DNA of 63,210 nucleotides, filler included, from a bacterium (GTDB lineage Bacteria; UBP15; UBA6099; JAJRTR01), in the NCBI GenBank assembly GCA_024278215.1. It is 3 parts of 3 records of this genome, joined end to end, with 100 filler letters (N's around TTAATTAATTAA, not from the genome) between each part and the next. Parts side by side here need not be neighbours in the genome. Positions count along the whole stretch, not along the records: positions 1 to 30,070 come from JAJRTR010000100.1; positions 30,171 to 60,031 come from JAJRTR010000106.1; 1 more part is not named here. One strand, written 5' to 3'. Below the pieces are notes generated by a model. The model had not been told where the DNA came from. It searched no databases and was given only the letters and a program-made list of their open reading frames with translations. Of this stretch, positions 20,127 through 30,171 are shown piece by piece (the first letter of the stretch is position 1; each line of letters starts with the position of its first letter). Made by a program: the position numbers and the translations under genes.

Positions 20127-22415
20127 TTACATTACCATGCGCTTAATTGTGTTTATGGCCGACCCCGCTTTAAACCATTCAATCTGTTGTTTGTTGAGCG
20201 TATGATCCACGGTGATAGTCTCCGACGAGCCGTCTTTGTGGTGCAGCGTCACAGCCAGCGACCTGCCGGGCGCGAGGTCTTTCAGCCCGTCGATACTGAT
20301 CCTGTCTTCCTCCCGGACCCTTTCGTAGTCCGCGGCGTTCGAGAAAGTGAGCGCAAGTATCCCCTGTTTCTTAAGGTTGGATTCATGAATGCGGGCAAAA
20401 CTGCGCACGATGACAGCGGCGCAACCCAGCAGGCGTGGCGACATCGCAGCGTGTTCCCGGCTGCTGCCTTCGCCGTAATTTTCATCGCCGACGATCACCC
20501 ACCTGAGCCCTCGTTTTTTATAGTAGCGCGCAAGCTCATTCGCCGGTTGTCGCGAGCCTGTCTCAAGGTTCAGCCCCTGCCCGGTTTCGCCGGAGAACGC
20601 ATTGACGGCACCGTTGAGCATGTTGTCGCTGATATTGTCGAGATGTCCGCGGAAGCGAAGCCATGCGCCCGCCGGCGAGATGTGGTCGGTCGTGCACTTG
20701 CCTTTGGCTTTTATCAGCAGCGGAAGCTTCTCGAAGTCGTTACCGTCCCACGCCGCGAATGGTTCGAGCAGTTGCAGTCGCTCGCTGCCGGGGTCGATGT
20801 CGATAGTTATGTCCGATCCGTCTTCGGCCGGTGCGACATATCCCCTGTCTTTATTTACGAACCCTTTTTCGGGCACCTCCGGGGCTTTGGCCGGTGGTGA
20901 AAGTCGGAACTTCTTTCCGCTGTCACCGGCGGGGATTGCGTCTGTGAGCGGGTTGATGTCGAAAGAGCCTGCCAGTGCATAAGCCACGACGACCTCCGGG
21001 CCTGCGATGAACGACCGTGTCTCGGGGCTGCCGTCGTTTCTGCGCGGGAAGTTTCGATTGAATGAATTAATTATAGAATTACTTTCACCTTCAGGCACAT
21101 CGAGCCTTTTCCACTGGCCTATACATGGACCGCAGGCATTTGCAAGCACAACGCCGCCCAGGGCTTCGAGCGCCTCGAGCTGACCGTCCCTGATTACAGT
21201 CGCCCGCACCCTTTCTGAACCCGGCGTCACAAAAAACGGGATGCGGGCCTTCGCGCCATGTGTCAGTGCCTGCTTTGCCACGTCTGCGGCTCTTGTGATG
21301 TCCTCGTAAGAGGAATTCGTGCAGCTCCCGAGAAGTGCCGCGGTGAGCCGTGGATACTGTTTTTCTTTCACTTCCTTCGCAAACCCGGAAACAGGCCGCG
21401 CCAGGTCCGGCGTATGCGGACCGACAATGTGCGGCTCGAGTTCACTGAGGTTGATTTCCACTATTTCATCGTAGCATCTCTCAGGATTCTTTTCGACCTC
21501 GGGGTCTGCCGTAAACAGGTGCTTATAGTCCTTGATAATATCCGCCTGCCCGCTCCGCTCGGTGGCTCGCAGGTATGTATCCATTCTGGAATCGTAAGGA
21601 AATATCGAGCATGTCGCGCCGAGCTCCGCGCCCATGTTTGTTATTGTCGCCTTGCCGGTGCAACTTATGGAATTCACGCCGCTGCCGAAGTATTCGACGA
21701 CCCTGTTTGTGCCGCCCTTGACCGTGAGCAGACCCGCCAGAAAGAGTATTACATCTTTCGGAGCCGCCCAGCCCGTCAGCGCACCTGTCAGCTTCACCCC
21801 TGTCAGCTTCGGCTGTAGTACTTCCCAGGGCAACCCGGCCATAACGTCCGTAGCATCCGCCCCGCCGACACCTGCCGCGAAAGCGCCCAGGCCGCCCGCG
21901 TTGGGCGTATGAGAATCGGTCCCTATCATCAACAGGCCGGGGAAAGCATAGTTCTCAAGGACAATCTGGTGAATGATGCCGGAACCGGGCTGCCAGAAAC
22001 CGATACCGTATTTCTGAGAAGCGGCTTTCAGAAAGTCATAGACCTCCCGGTTTTCTTCTTTTGCCCTGACGATATCCTCATCCGCACCCGTCTGCGCCCT
22101 GATAAGGTGATCGCAGTGAACTGTAGAAGGCACGGCAACACTGTCCAGCCCGCTCTGCATAAACTGGAGAATCGCCATCTGTGCGGTGGCGTCCTGCATA
22201 GCGACGCGGTCCGGCCTCAATTTGATATAGCTTTCGCCGGGCGACAATTCAGCGCTTGCCGGATCGTCCAGGTGCCCGAACATTATCTTCTCCGCAAAAG
22301 TCAGGGGCCTGTCGAGGCATTTGCGAATCAGGTCCAGCCGCTCCCCCATTTTTCGATATGTTTCTTTTACAAATCCTGTGCTCGATTCAATATTTATTCT
22401 CATTATTGTCTCCAC
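20127..22415 (-). CDS. Aconitate hydratase (mitochondrial-like subfamily)
   Basis: DRVAMQDATAQMA, VHCDHLI, GSCTNSSYED, NACGPCIGQW, KCTTDHIS, NYGEGSSREHAA. Confidence 0.95.
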   Translation of the reverse strand: METIMRINIESSTGFVKETYRKMGERLDLIRKCLDRPLTFAEKIMFGHLDDPASAELSPGESYIKLRPDRVAMQDATAQMAILQFMQSGLDSVAVPSTVHCDHLIRAQTGADEDIVRAKEENREVYDFLKAASQKYGIGFWQPGSGIIHQIVLENYAFPGLLMIGTDSHTPNAGGLGAFAAGVGGADATDVMAGLPWEVLQPKLTGVKLTGALTGWAAPKDVILFLAGLLTVKGGTNRVVEYFGSGVNSISCTGKATITNMGAELGATCSIFPYDSRMDTYLRATERSGQADIIKDYKHLFTADPEVEKNPERCYDEIVEINLSELEPHIVGPHTPDLARPVSGFAKEVKEKQYPRLTAALLGSCTNSSYEDITRAADVAKQALTHGAKARIPFFVTPGSERVRATVIRDGQLEALEALGGVVLANACGPCIGQWKRLDVPEGESNSIINSFNRNFPRRNDGSPETRSFIAGPEVVVAYALAGSFDINPLTDAIPAGDSGKKFRLSPPAKAPEVPEKGFVNKDRGYVAPAEDGSDITIDIDPGSERLQLLEPFAAWDGNDFEKLPLLIKAKGKCTTDHISPAGAWLRFRGHLDNISDNMLNGAVNAFSGETGQGLNLETGSRQPANELARYYKKRGLRWVIVGDENYGEGSSREHAAMSPRLLGCAAVIVRSFARIHESNLKKQGILALTFSNAADYERVREEDRISIDGLKDLAPGRSLAVTLHHKDGSSETITVDHTLNKQQIEWFKAGSAINTIKRMVM

Positions 22416-22625
22416 GGTATATTATTCGATGTAACGGTTAGAGCCGCAAATTTCACAAATGCGATCGACCTCGCTGCGAACTGACTTTGTTGACATGGCA
22501 CTACCTTTTATAAAAACGCACAAATTCAGTAGTTAATCTAAATTGTTCCGGCCTGTTAAGTCAATGCCGCAACATAATTTATGTAATGCGTTGCTGCCTG
22601 TAATGCGCCGCCGAAAATTCAACGC

Positions 22626-22654
22626 TTTACAATTTCGCCGTAGTTTACCATAAT
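22626..22654 (+). promoter_or_regulatory. Putative sigma70 promoter
   Basis: TTTACA-17 bp-CATAAT upstream of the FmdB-like gene. Confidence 0.5.
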
Positions 22655-22681
22655 CCTGATACGGAGTCTGGAGACACAGAG

Positions 22682-22972
22682 ATGCCTATATACGAGTATG
22701 TTTGCAGAAAATGCGGTGCGAAGAATGAATTCGTCGAGAGCCTGGGCAGCGGCAGAATAGTTGCGAAAAAGTGTAAAAGCTGCGGCAGCGGCAGATTGAA
22801 AAAAACTGTTTCGTCATTTGTGTATAATCCGGAAGTTACTCTTGAAGACCTGGGCGTCAACGTGATTCACACGCCTGCCGCGCCACAGTCGGAAGCCCCG
22901 CAGGGGCCACCTCCCGGCGGTTGTCCCTATTGCGATTCCGATTCCGACACGAGCAATGACGGCAACCAGTGA
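22682..22972 (+). CDS. FmdB-family zinc-ribbon protein
   Basis: MPIYEYVC..CG...C..CGS motif; RBS GGAG. Confidence 0.88.
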   Translation: MPIYEYVCRKCGAKNEFVESLGSGRIVAKKCKSCGSGRLKKTVSSFVYNPEVTLEDLGVNVIHTPAAPQSEAPQGPPPGGCPYCDSDSDTSNDGNQ

Positions 22973-22999
22973 ACAGCTATAAACCAGGGAGATATGGGG

Positions 23000-23740
23000 T
23001 CAGACCTGAACCTGATCCCCTATGAGGAAAGACCTGAACCCCGGCCCTTTTGTCGCCAGTATTGCGAATCTTGGCGCGTTCTGCACTGTCATAGTTTTCA
23101 TGTTACGCAATCTTTCCAGTGTTTTGCCGATGAAGTTTGCATGAACAGTTTCTCCCGCGAGTGGGATACCTTCTTCTATGATGAATCCGAGTTTCTCCAG
23201 GGCGACAGCAATTTCACTGTAAGTGAAAGCTTTTTGTGGAAGCGAAGGCTTGTCGTACTTTATTGATAGCCTGCGGCGGTACGGATTGTTCGAGTTCCGG
23301 AACTCGACAAGCAGCTTTCCGCGCGGCCTCAGCACACGCACCATCTCCGCCAATGCCTGGTGGATGTCCGGCCAGTCGGGCATATTGTGCAGTGTGTTGA
23401 CGGAAAGCGCCGCGTCGAAACTGTCGCGTGCGAACGGAAGCGACTGCGCGACAGAGTTCACTATGAACAGGTTCCTGCCTGCGTAAGTCTGCAATCTCAT
23501 TTTTGTTTCATGAATCATTCCAATAGAAAAATCGACTGTATAGACCTCCTGCATGTCGGGCCGTATGTATTTTTCTATGAGTGTGCCCGCGCCGCAGCCG
23601 ATGTCGAGAATGCGGCCTTTCCATCCGGCGACAACCGGAGCGAGAGTCATGCGGTTTACTTCTTCCATGCCGCCCCTGAACGCATAACCGGAGGCAAGTC
23701 TGTCGAATGTCTCCACTATTGGCTTGTAGTTGGGTTTCAT
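23000..23740 (-). CDS. Class I SAM-dependent methyltransferase (UbiE/Methyltransf_11-like)
   Basis: ILDIGCGAG, LPF..DSFD, EMVRVLRPRG; start at ATG 23740 after AGGA. Confidence 0.85.
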   Translation of the reverse strand: MKPNYKPIVETFDRLASGYAFRGGMEEVNRMTLAPVVAGWKGRILDIGCGAGTLIEKYIRPDMQEVYTVDFSIGMIHETKMRLQTYAGRNLFIVNSVAQSLPFARDSFDAALSVNTLHNMPDWPDIHQALAEMVRVLRPRGKLLVEFRNSNNPYRRRLSIKYDKPSLPQKAFTYSEIAVALEKLGFIIEEGIPLAGETVHANFIGKTLERLRNMKTMTVQNAPRFAILATKGPGFRSFLIGDQVQV

Positions 23741-23932
23741 GGTTCCTATTATATCTGAAGTGTCCAACCCTTTTCCATACCTGTTTTTGTTTAAGCAATT
23801 CAGATGAACCAATTGCGAAACCATAATGATTATTGTAGACTGAACAGGAGTTTCTCGCGTTTGGCTGCGGTCAATATTGCGGTTGCCTGACATAGATATT
23901 AACACCGAAAATCTCGAACGGAAAAACGATAG

Positions 23933-25525
23933 ATGGCAGAAGAAAAGAAAAAGAAGCTGGCTGATGTTTTTTCAGCCGGCAGTACAGACGACGAGAAGAA
24001 GGCACGGCATGAAGCCGGAAGCATAATAGCGATGAGCGCCATGCTGGCAGGTGGCATATTCCAGGCCCTGTGGATGATCTTCACAGCCCGCATGCTCGGC
24101 GACAGGGACATGGGTCTCTTCGGCCCTGTGATTTCTCTTTTCTTCATGCTCTCCAATCTTGCGGGACTTGCTATTCCACAGACAATAATGACATTCGTGT
24201 CGTATCACTATGAAACGTCGTTCGATGAATCTCTCAAGTTTATCCAGGATGGAATGGGGCTGATATTCAGGCTTGCGATAGGATATGTGACGATCGTGAC
24301 GCTTGTCGCGCTGGGGCTCGGCGTGGCCGGCGTCGTGAAGTGGGAAAACGCGGTCCTGGCGATTGTCCTCGTTGTTTCTGTTGCTTTTACGGCCCTCTTC
24401 TGGGGCATGAGCGGAGTGCTCAACGGATTCCAGAGACTGGACCTTGTTTCGCTGGCCAACCTCATTTTTCCGATAGGTGTGTTCTTCGGCACGTTTCTTC
24501 TTATATGGATCGCGCAGAAAACACTGGGCAGCGAGACGCAGTGGGACGTTGTGTTCGGCATCGGAGGACAGGGCGTCGGCTCCGCACTGGCGTTAATCGT
24601 TTCCGTGATAGTGCTCGCCAGGCTTGGGAAATTTCACGTAAAGAGCCTTTTCAGACTTGGAGCAAACAATGGGTTGTATGTCCGCATACTGAAATTCGGG
24701 GGTGTCACAGCCGTCGCAATGATATGCACGACTATGGTCCAGCAGATGGCTCCGGTGATCGTGCGTTATGTAGGGATGAAATATATGCTGTTCGGCCCAA
24801 CAGCCGCGGTTTGCGAATCGGCTATCGGACACTTCAGCACGGCGATGATGTTCGGTCTGGTAACAATGCTTCTCGCGGGAGTGGCACTCGCGCTCGCCCC
24901 GGCGGTGTCGGAGGCTGAAAGCCAGAACAGACCCGACCTCATGCAGCATTATTATAATTCCGCGCTCAAACAATCGTTTGTCGTTATAGGCATATTTGTT
25001 TTGCTGTTTATCCCTTATGCCGGGAATATCATCGAGTTGATGGACGGACCGGAGTTCCCCGCTTCGGTGATGCAGCCGCTCGGTATGTTGTCCGTTTTCG
25101 GCGGTTCGGGCGCATCGCTGCTGTTTGTTATCATCCATCTGTACATAGGACTCAAGAAACCTGCTACGGCTGCAATTGCGCTCGGGGCTGTTCTTGTGCT
25201 TCTCATTGTGATCACCTCATGGGCAACCATTCACTTCAAAAGCATCGAGTGGGCCTTCGCAGGACTGATAATATCGACATGGTCGGGCATCATCGCTCTG
25301 TGTACCATCGCAAAATATTCGCACAACCTCGCATTCCCCTTCAAATCCGTTCTACAGCCTGTCGCGGCAGGCATACCGGGCGTACTCATAGCTCTGTTCC
25401 TGCTGCCGAAGACCCTTCCTTTCGTCCTGCTCGGCATCGTGATCATCGTCGCAATATATCTGTTCATTCTATGGCTCTTCGATAAAATGGATAAATCAAA
25501 AGTAACGCAATTACCGGCGGCGTGA
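23933..25525 (+). CDS. MOP-superfamily flippase / polysaccharide biosynthesis membrane protein
   Basis: Many TM helices, ARMLG..DMGLF, GVLNGFQR, P.VSEA patterns. Confidence 0.75.
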   Translation: MAEEKKKKLADVFSAGSTDDEKKARHEAGSIIAMSAMLAGGIFQALWMIFTARMLGDRDMGLFGPVISLFFMLSNLAGLAIPQTIMTFVSYHYETSFDESLKFIQDGMGLIFRLAIGYVTIVTLVALGLGVAGVVKWENAVLAIVLVVSVAFTALFWGMSGVLNGFQRLDLVSLANLIFPIGVFFGTFLLIWIAQKTLGSETQWDVVFGIGGQGVGSALALIVSVIVLARLGKFHVKSLFRLGANNGLYVRILKFGGVTAVAMICTTMVQQMAPVIVRYVGMKYMLFGPTAAVCESAIGHFSTAMMFGLVTMLLAGVALALAPAVSEAESQNRPDLMQHYYNSALKQSFVVIGIFVLLFIPYAGNIIELMDGPEFPASVMQPLGMLSVFGGSGASLLFVIIHLYIGLKKPATAAIALGAVLVLLIVITSWATIHFKSIEWAFAGLIISTWSGIIALCTIAKYSHNLAFPFKSVLQPVAAGIPGVLIALFLLPKTLPFVLLGIVIIVAIYLFILWLFDKMDKSKVTQLPAA

Positions 25526-25626
25526 CGCGCGCGATTCTTTCGCGGGACTTCGTCCGGGAGAGGCGGAGAATGCGCATAGAACAATACAGGCGGCACACCG
25601 TTTGGTCATGGCTTTGCCACGGGGCA

Positions 25627-26556
25627 TCACTTGCCGTTATCGGATTTTCCGGCTTTGGTTTTCGGTTTCATAAGCCTTTCGGGATCGACGTTATTCAGTT
25701 CGATATCGGATAGCACATATTTTGTTGCGATCAAATCTCCGTATGTTAATTCTCTGCGTACAATAAGCTTGCTTTTGGGATCAACCCACATTTTGGATAC
25801 CACATCACCCGGTGCATACTTTTCCATCCTGTCTCTCACCATTTTCAGTTCTCTGTTCAGTTGAACATGAGTCTCCTCGGGGACATCGTAATCGTCGCCT
25901 CCACATCCCACAGCCCACTCTTTATCGCCTTTCAGATAATGTATTTCGAGAATAATATAATTCGTATCTTTGTATTCTTCCGTGCCGGTGACTTCTGCTT
26001 CTCCGCCGTTCGCGAGGGCACAGTCCATCTCGATCATTTCGTATGTCCAGGTAGTATTGAACAGGATGCCCGAGTCTGTCGTCACATCATTTTTCAGAGA
26101 AAAGCCGAACCCCGGTGTTCGCATAAAAACCAGATTTTTACTTGTTTCAGGATTATAAGACACTTTGGAATTCTGGAGGAAAGACGGCAGGAAATCGGAT
26201 ATTTTCATAATCATTTCTATGGTAAACGGCTTCACGAAAAAAAAACGGGAAACACTTTCCTTGTATTCCTTGGCCATTTCGTTTTGTTCGATTTTTTTTC
26301 GTTTATGCAGTCTTTCGAGTTGTTCAAGGATTATCTTGTATTTCGACATAGCTTCCCTGTTGCGACTTTCCACAAATTCATCGTCGAGGTCTTTCCTGTG
26401 AACCGTGAATGAATAACTATCGAGTGCTGCCACAGCTTTGTGCATATCCGCGATCAACTCTTCGGCATCCGGCAGGGCAAAAGCAAGCCTGCCTCCGAAC
26501 AAGCTGAAAAAAGAGAAAGTAACAGTGAGCGCAATAATTCTTCTGAAATGCAGCAT
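25627..26556 (-). CDS. Secreted hypothetical protein, possibly LolA-like fold
   Basis: Signal peptide; AEELIA.M..A...LDSYSF and KMWVDPKSKLIVRRE patterns. Confidence 0.6.
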   Translation of the reverse strand: MLHFRRIIALTVTFSFFSLFGGRLAFALPDAEELIADMHKAVAALDSYSFTVHRKDLDDEFVESRNREAMSKYKIILEQLERLHKRKKIEQNEMAKEYKESVSRFFFVKPFTIEMIMKISDFLPSFLQNSKVSYNPETSKNLVFMRTPGFGFSLKNDVTTDSGILFNTTWTYEMIEMDCALANGGEAEVTGTEEYKDTNYIILEIHYLKGDKEWAVGCGGDDYDVPEETHVQLNRELKMVRDRMEKYAPGDVVSKMWVDPKSKLIVRRELTYGDLIATKYVLSDIELNNVDPERLMKPKTKAGKSDNGK

Positions 26557-26705
26557 ATATACCGCCTCCCGGACCGTTATTTTCGGGATAAAATAATATT
26601 ACCGATAAGCGTCGGCGCATTGTTTGAAGCAAATTAAGCGCCGTAATCCCAATTTGTACCTGTGATCTTCTGTCAGTAATTATAACTTTAAATCGAGTGC
26701 CGGAG

Positions 26706-26787
26706 GAGCCAATTGCAAAATTATGTTCGTGGCGAGACTGAACGATTGCAGCCGGACACGGCGGAATCAGGATTTTGCGATCGGCTC
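26706..26787 (+). mobile_element. MITE family A, internally deleted derivative (82 bp)
   Basis: Intact left TIR joined to a degenerate right end GATTTTGCGATCGGCTC; core absent. Confidence 0.8.
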
Positions 26788-26827
26788 GATGGTAATGAAA
26801 AATATAATGTCGCAGAAAAGATTCCGA

Positions 26828-28165
26828 TTATTTATAATAAACCGGACGTGGAACAAGGTTAAATATCCATTCCGCCCGCCTGCGCCACTTATTAAATTCA
26901 CGCACTGAATATCTGCGTGGATAATGTTGATAATGCCGGTCGACCATCCCTGCCAGCACAAAAGCGAATGTTATGCGAGCAAGATATGCCGGGCGGTCCG
27001 CAATCTTCAGCAACTTCGGCAGAATCTTTATCCCGCCAGCCGCGTTCAACATGTGTTCCATTTTCCAGAACATTTCCGGGTCCGAAACCACCCTGCTGAG
27101 CAACGCATGAATATTCTCAGCGGATTCGGAAAACATTGTTTGTTGCAGTATATATAACTGTGCGAATCGTATGTCGCGTTCGCGCTTATATTTCACATTG
27201 TAGTCCCACAGATCGGCGATGCCGAAACTGTTTGCGAGCAGCGCATCGTGAGCAGTGCCCGCCGCGTATGCAGCCGCGTCCATAGCGGAGGAAACGCCCG
27301 AGCCGTTCAGAGGGTTGGCCATGCTCGCACAGTCGCCCACAAGCATCAACCCCGGCGCGACAAAAGAATCGAACGACCTCCTCACAGGAATACGGGCCGC
27401 ATGTCCCGCCCGCAGAATTTCCCGCCCCATTCCACCTTCATCACGCACCAGCTCGGCGCAAATATCCTTTGGATTCGCAGCGCCCGCAATATTCGGAACA
27501 CATGCGAACACATCCACAAGCCCGGCGTTGTCGCGGCTGACCCACTGCACACCATTGTACTTGCCTAACACAAGTATCGTTCTGCCGCCACGGGAAGTAT
27601 CTTCTCTGATCTCGCGCCATGTAGCTACACAGTCGCCGCCGCGAAAGCGTCTCGGGAAACCGTACTTCTCCGGCATTTTAGACCTCAAAACACCTCCCGC
27701 GCCCGACGCATCGATTGTTATTCTCGCTTCGACATATTCCTCCCCGCCGTCCCCTGTCTGTATTTTAAGACCCGCGACTTTTCCTCCGTCGAACAGAGGC
27801 CCGGCAACAACCGTGTCGAACATAAATCGCGCGCCTGCCCGCTCTGCCGCCTCGATGACTCTCTCGCCGAAAAGTCTTCTGTCGACATTGCACTCGCTAT
27901 CGCTCATCTCTGCACGGGTGCCTGTGTCGCCAAGCGGAGTGAAAATTCTAAAATTGAAACCGGACATCAGTTCCGGTGGCTTCGGTTCCGCAAGGCCCAC
28001 CTTTTCGCAGATGCCCGCTTCGATTGTGTCCCACCAGTCGTGTCCCATCTCCTGTCTGCACCGTTTTTCCACGAGCAGCACGGAATGTCCCTTTTCAGCA
28101 AGTCTTTTCGCCGCGACACATCCCGCCACACCCGCCCCCGCAACGGCTACATCCCACTTTTTCAT
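26828..28165 (-). CDS. FAD-dependent oxidoreductase, geranylgeranyl reductase family
   Basis: GAGVAG, IDASG, GLMLVGDCA.MANPLNGSG..SAM motifs. Confidence 0.85.
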   Translation of the reverse strand: MKKWDVAVAGAGVAGCVAAKRLAEKGHSVLLVEKRCRQEMGHDWWDTIEAGICEKVGLAEPKPPELMSGFNFRIFTPLGDTGTRAEMSDSECNVDRRLFGERVIEAAERAGARFMFDTVVAGPLFDGGKVAGLKIQTGDGGEEYVEARITIDASGAGGVLRSKMPEKYGFPRRFRGGDCVATWREIREDTSRGGRTILVLGKYNGVQWVSRDNAGLVDVFACVPNIAGAANPKDICAELVRDEGGMGREILRAGHAARIPVRRSFDSFVAPGLMLVGDCASMANPLNGSGVSSAMDAAAYAAGTAHDALLANSFGIADLWDYNVKYKRERDIRFAQLYILQQTMFSESAENIHALLSRVVSDPEMFWKMEHMLNAAGGIKILPKLLKIADRPAYLARITFAFVLAGMVDRHYQHYPRRYSVREFNKWRRRAEWIFNLVPRPVYYK

Positions 28166-28224
28166 AACCTGTTCTCTTTCCGTGTTCTCATTACAAGCAC
28201 TATGGATAATGAAAATGATAAGTA

Positions 28225-28602
28225 TTATTTGACGCTTCGAATCTTTTCGAGGGCTTTGTCGGTGTCGTCACAGATCAGGAAAAACGAGTCTATCGAGAGA
28301 GTGCTGAATACATCCATGATTTCGTTACTGACGGATGTCAGCCATATTCGTTTGCCGTGCTTTTTGAAGTTTTCGTTGGCGTTGACGAGGCAGCCGATGG
28401 CGCTGCTGCCGATAAAATCCAGACGTTTGCAATCCAGAATCAGGTGCGTCGCCTCGCTTTCCCTCTGGTTATCCATCATGTTCCTGAAATCGTTGAGGTT
28501 GGACACGAATATGCCGCCGTTCATGTAGACGACGACGGTGTCAGTGCAGCCTGAAGGGATTTTTATGCGAAAATCGAATTCCTTAAAATTCAATTCAATC
28601 AA
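28225..28602 (-). CDS. STAS-domain anti-sigma factor antagonist
   Basis: ILDCKRLDFIGSSAIGCL motif; start uncertain (TTG). Confidence 0.85.
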   Translation of the reverse strand: MIELNFKEFDFRIKIPSGCTDTVVVYMNGGIFVSNLNDFRNMMDNQRESEATHLILDCKRLDFIGSSAIGCLVNANENFKKHGKRIWLTSVSNEIMDVFSTLSIDSFFLICDDTDKALEKIRSVK

Positions 28603-28684
28603 CTCCTGAATAAATTTACGAGAAGCGTATCATGATTTAATATATATTATTCTATAAATGCTGTAAATGCCGGTTGAATTATTT

Positions 28685-29761
28685 TTACAGCACGACACGG
28701 GCCACCATAACTGCTCTTTCCTTCCTGGTGACATGTTTGAAGTAACTTACGAATACTTCGCCGTTGTCGTTCTGCATCGCACGTGCCCATCCGCAATCAT
28801 TGGAAAGTGTATCGTCGTCAATCGTTATACTGTTGCTCTCCGGCCATGATCTTCCGCCGTCTTCGCTGAGCCTGGCCTTTATCCCGAAAGGCTTTTCAAG
28901 TGAGGAAAAAGTCATAAGTAAAAGCCCGTCTTTGAGGACACGCAACGAATGGGCATTGCCTTTTATGCCTGCAGGCGAAGGAAGCGACCAGTCCGCGCCG
29001 CCGTTTTCGGAGCGGCATATATATATTTCCGAACCTGTCATAACCGCGGAAAGCGCGCATATCAATGTGCCGTCATCCTTCAACGCAATAGAGGGACATT
29101 TCAGTTGTGGCAGGTCTTCATGTTCTTTCCCGCAATAAGTCATACCGTGCAGTTTCCATGTCCGGCCAAGGTCATCGGAGCGCATGATCACCGATTCCCA
29201 GGGGTAGTCGAATTTCTGTGATGCGTCCTCGTCATAATCGCAGGCGAGCAGAATCGAGCCGTCGCCCCACAGTATCGGCGCGTCATAACCGGCGACCACC
29301 GGATAGTCGCGGCACTTCACAAATCGAGGCTTGCCGAACTTCACGCGCTCACCGGCGGCATCGACCACCATTGTGATTGCGCCTCTTAGAGTGAGCACCC
29401 AGTCAAGATCGGTCGCCACTTTGACTTCCGGCTCTCCCATCCAGTTATATACGTGCCAGAGGTTGTCCGAAATCAAGTAACGGCCTTCATCTATGCGTAT
29501 CATGGTCGGCGCGGTTCCGCAACTTCTAATCCTGGGCACCTGGCGTTTGCCGCGCTCGGAAAGTTCTGTCGGTGACGGGCCGGTGATCATGTTCAGGATG
29601 CCCTTCGGGTCGATTTTCACTGTTGAATCCCTGGACGGTGCATCGTGATAGAGAAGCGCGAATCCCCCGCCGGCGAAACCACAAAGATATGGATTGCAGT
29701 AATACCGGTTTTTGCTCCTGATTATTTCATAACGTTTAATTGTGATTCCATCTTTTTTCAT
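28685..29761 (-). CDS. BNR/Asp-box repeat sialidase-family protein
   Basis: Three Asp boxes: SDDLGRTW, SENGGADW, SEDGGRSW. Confidence 0.82.
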   Translation of the reverse strand: MKKDGITIKRYEIIRSKNRYYCNPYLCGFAGGGFALLYHDAPSRDSTVKIDPKGILNMITGPSPTELSERGKRQVPRIRSCGTAPTMIRIDEGRYLISDNLWHVYNWMGEPEVKVATDLDWVLTLRGAITMVVDAAGERVKFGKPRFVKCRDYPVVAGYDAPILWGDGSILLACDYDEDASQKFDYPWESVIMRSDDLGRTWKLHGMTYCGKEHEDLPQLKCPSIALKDDGTLICALSAVMTGSEIYICRSENGGADWSLPSPAGIKGNAHSLRVLKDGLLLMTFSSLEKPFGIKARLSEDGGRSWPESNSITIDDDTLSNDCGWARAMQNDNGEVFVSYFKHVTRKERAVMVARVVL

Positions 29762-29933
29762 TCCCGGTCTCCAGGTGGATTCCCCCCATAGTATTCAGAG
29801 CTGTTCTCCCGCTGTCCACAAATTCAATCATAACATGTTGTGAGTCACCTCGCAATTTTGCAACTGTCCCGAACATTGCGAAATCCTATTATTTTGACAC
29901 ATAGCCACTTGTTTGATATTCTTTTCTGCATAA

Positions 29934-30070
29934 GAGCCAGTTGCAAAATTATGTTCGAAGCGAGGTCGAGCGAAATTGGTCGGAAGCAAGGCGGAGGTGC
30001 AAAATCCCCGCAGGCGTACTTGTAGAGTACGTCGAGGATGATTTTGTGCCGACAACGCAGCTGTTGACAA
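29934..30070 (+). mobile_element. MITE family A, left part (truncated at contig end)
   Basis: Variant left TIR GAGCCAGTTGCAAAATT and full core, running into the N gap. Confidence 0.88.
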
Positions 30071-30170
30071 NNNNNNNNNNNNNNNNNNNNNNNNNNNNNN
30101 NNNNNNNNNNNNNNTTAATTAATTAANNNNNNNNNNNNNNNNNNNNNNNNNNNNNNNNNNNNNNNNNNNN
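30071..30170. other. Artificial contig linker
   Basis: N-run, TTAATTAATTAA (stops in all frames), N-run; 100 bp. Confidence 0.97.
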
Positions 30171-30171
30171 G

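Noticed and set aside
30071-30170. TTAATTAATTAA within N-runs (also 60032-60131) as a biological motif
   Set aside because: Identical 100-bp all-frame-stop linker used to concatenate contigs; adjacency across it carries no meaning.
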